Positions 62,018 to 64,000 of a stretch of DNA of 64,000 nt are shown piece by piece. Source of the stretch: Camelus ferus (Eukaryota); assembly GCF_009834535.1 (NCBI RefSeq), contig NC_045696.1:59274001-59338000 (forward strand), written 5' to 3'. Within the stretch, counting starts at the first letter, position 1; every line of letters starts with the position of its first letter. The notes under the pieces were generated by a model, which saw only the letters and a program-made list of their open reading frames with translations, had not been told where the DNA came from and did not search any database. A program made the position numbers and the translations under genes.

Positions 62018-63229
62018 ACTCTGTGCTCAGCTTGAGTTAAGGATTAAGAAGTATAGTCATGTTTCTTGTGCCACTTGGGGACCTTTGTGCTCTGAATGAT
62101 GCCGAAAAATGTAAAGCCAAACCCTAGTGGAAAGAATTCAGAAGTGTTAAGGGCATGTTCCTTGAAAACACCCTTTGTAACCTAAAAACTATAAAAATTT
62201 GAGATAGCCTACAATCAAAATGTAATATTTGTTCAAAGATATTAAAAAATAAAATTCTGTAGTAGAAAGAATGCCCTCATTGGAGATTTATTCACAAATT
62301 TAATCACACTACAAATTACTTTTATAAATGAATATCACATAACAACTAATGCATCTGATGGAGTCATATGGCTCCACTGGGCAAGTGGGGTCTGTCCAAG
62401 TGTTTCTGGCAGAAATGGGATGCAGCTTGTAGAACAGGGATCATATTAAGGTTTAAGAATCCTCACAGACCTTGGGAACATGGACATCACTTCCCCAGGA
62501 GGGCTGGAAGGCTGTCCCTGCTCTAATATACCTGCCCTCGTTACCTAGGAGCAGGGTTGGAGGGCATAGAAGTCAGATACAAGGGCACCAAAGACAGCCT
62601 TTCCTGCAGGCTGCTTGCTCCCTGCCTTTGAGGAACCAGATGGACTCCAGATCCTCTCTTTGGGACAAGAGGCCCCATAAGGAGGGACATTTACTCTCCT
62701 TGCCCTGTCTGGCCCCTCCATAGTTTCCACCTGAGGAGAGGAGGTCCAGTTCCTGAACCAGTGTCTCCCACAGGTTCAGGATCCATGTCCCCCTCCCTCT
62801 TTCTATGTCCTGTGTCTATGCCTTGACCTCATTGTAGACGTTTTCCTTACCAGTCCATTACGTACCACAGGTTGCTAGCTCTTGGAAGTCCCTCAAAGAA
62901 GATAACCCAAAGAAGGTGTGCCCAGCAGGCTGAAAGTGTGTGTGGGGTGATACTTTTGGTCATGGGCAGATGAATACAGCTGGGTTTCGGGGTGGTGGTT
63001 TCAAGAGGGGTGAAACTGAGTTGAAAGTGTACATACTTGTAGGTTCGTTCCCTTCAATCACCTCCATGCTATTTCATCCTTAAGCGCTACCAGTTAAAGC
63101 TATTGATTTGCATGACTAGGCTCCCTTAAAAACCAAAGAAAAATCTAAAGCTTAATAAAGTTTGGAAGTGTTAAGCACCATGGCCAGGCTTACTTTGCTG
63201 ATGGACTTGCCTTTTAGGCAGTATGCCGA

Positions 63230-63420
63230 ATAGTTCAGTGTGAACAATAAATGATTCAGCTCTGCCACTCACTACTGCATAATGTTGGGCATGTCACTTA
63301 ACCTCTCTAGGCCTCAGTTTCATCACTTATAAGATGCTGACAATATCAATATTTACCTCATTGGGTTACTGTATGAAGTGATGCTATGTATGTGAAAGCT
63401 CAATAAATGTTAGCTATTAA
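63230..63420 (+). mobile_element. MIR SINE
   Basis: cagctctgccactcact...gtcacttaacctctctaggcctcagtttcatc...gctcaataaatgttagctatt. Confidence 0.85.
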
Positions 63421-64000
63421 TTCTTAACCCATATGGCCTAAAATTTAACTTTGGGATGAGAAGAGGATGGTAGAGTGGTCAAGGAGGGATCTGGGGCCTA
63501 ACAGCTGAGGTAGGCAGGTTTTGAAGGGGTTGGGGAGACAGAATGTGCTGTGAGGGCTGAGTACTAGGCTCTGAGGGAGGGCAGTGGACAGCTGGGTATC
63601 AGGAAGGGAATCGAAGACCAGCCTCCATTTGCCTTGAAGTTTGGCCTGAGGCCCTGGGGGAAAACTTCAGCCCCAGGATGCCCTGTGCACCTTGTGTCTG
63701 GGATGTGTTTCCTGCAGGCGTGGAGTCATCCTTCAGTTGCTCCTTTTAAGACCCTGTCTCCTTACCTTGAGGCTACCTGCCAGGCGGCTAAGCTGGGCTG
63801 CCTCTGAGGGCCAGTTTCCCTGCTGTGTCCTGCTGGCTCAGCTGACTAGCTCAAGGTGCTTCCTGCCTCGCTGGAGCTCCTTCTCTATTAAGTAGATTAG
63901 GGGCTTGGATGTCCCAGCCCAGAATAATGGACACACTAATTGGCAGGCATTAGAAAGCTTCAGCATTGATAAATCTTCAGGCCCTGGGCAGTGTCTGCTG

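Larger units (their letters stand above)
48752..64000 (+). other. KALRN: KALRN intron following exon 1C (exon 2 is outside the window)
   Basis: Starts with the GT donor. I saw no exon encoding SFRNDGLKASDVLP downstream. Confidence 0.85.

Noticed and set aside
1..64000. Prokaryote-style systems (CRISPR arrays, operons, intact transposase, reverse transcriptase or viral genes)
   Set aside because: None seen. The sequence is mammalian intron, and all mobile elements are truncated or degenerate.

Overview
Mammalian genomic DNA, very probably camelid (three Vic-1-type tRNA-derived SINEs). The window lies in the 5' region of KALRN (Kalirin RhoGEF) on the + strand. The only protein-coding sequence I can firmly support is the 67-nt coding part of an alternative first exon (exon 1C in rodent nomenclature) at 48685-48751. 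It encodes MTDRFWDQWYLWYLRLLRLLDR-G, the N-terminus of human Kalirin. Everything else is intronic or upstream sequence rich in MIR, L2, L1, CR1/L3, MaLR/ERVL LTRs and hAT DNA transposons, and the other computed ORFs look spurious or transposon-derived. I found no new multi-gene system. The best leads concern control of the Kalirin N-terminus: a candidate exon at 27580-27672 that could act as a poison exon or yield a myristoylation-consensus start (MGTAGS), an out-of-frame overlapping uORF on exon 1C, a non-canonical REST site just downstream of it, and a candidate intronic polyadenylation exon. There is also an apparently ancient U6/L1 chimeric retrocopy and a template-switch scar inside an L1. 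Repeat family names come from remembered consensus sequences and their boundaries are approximate. Motif calls are single-sequence inferences with no conservation data.
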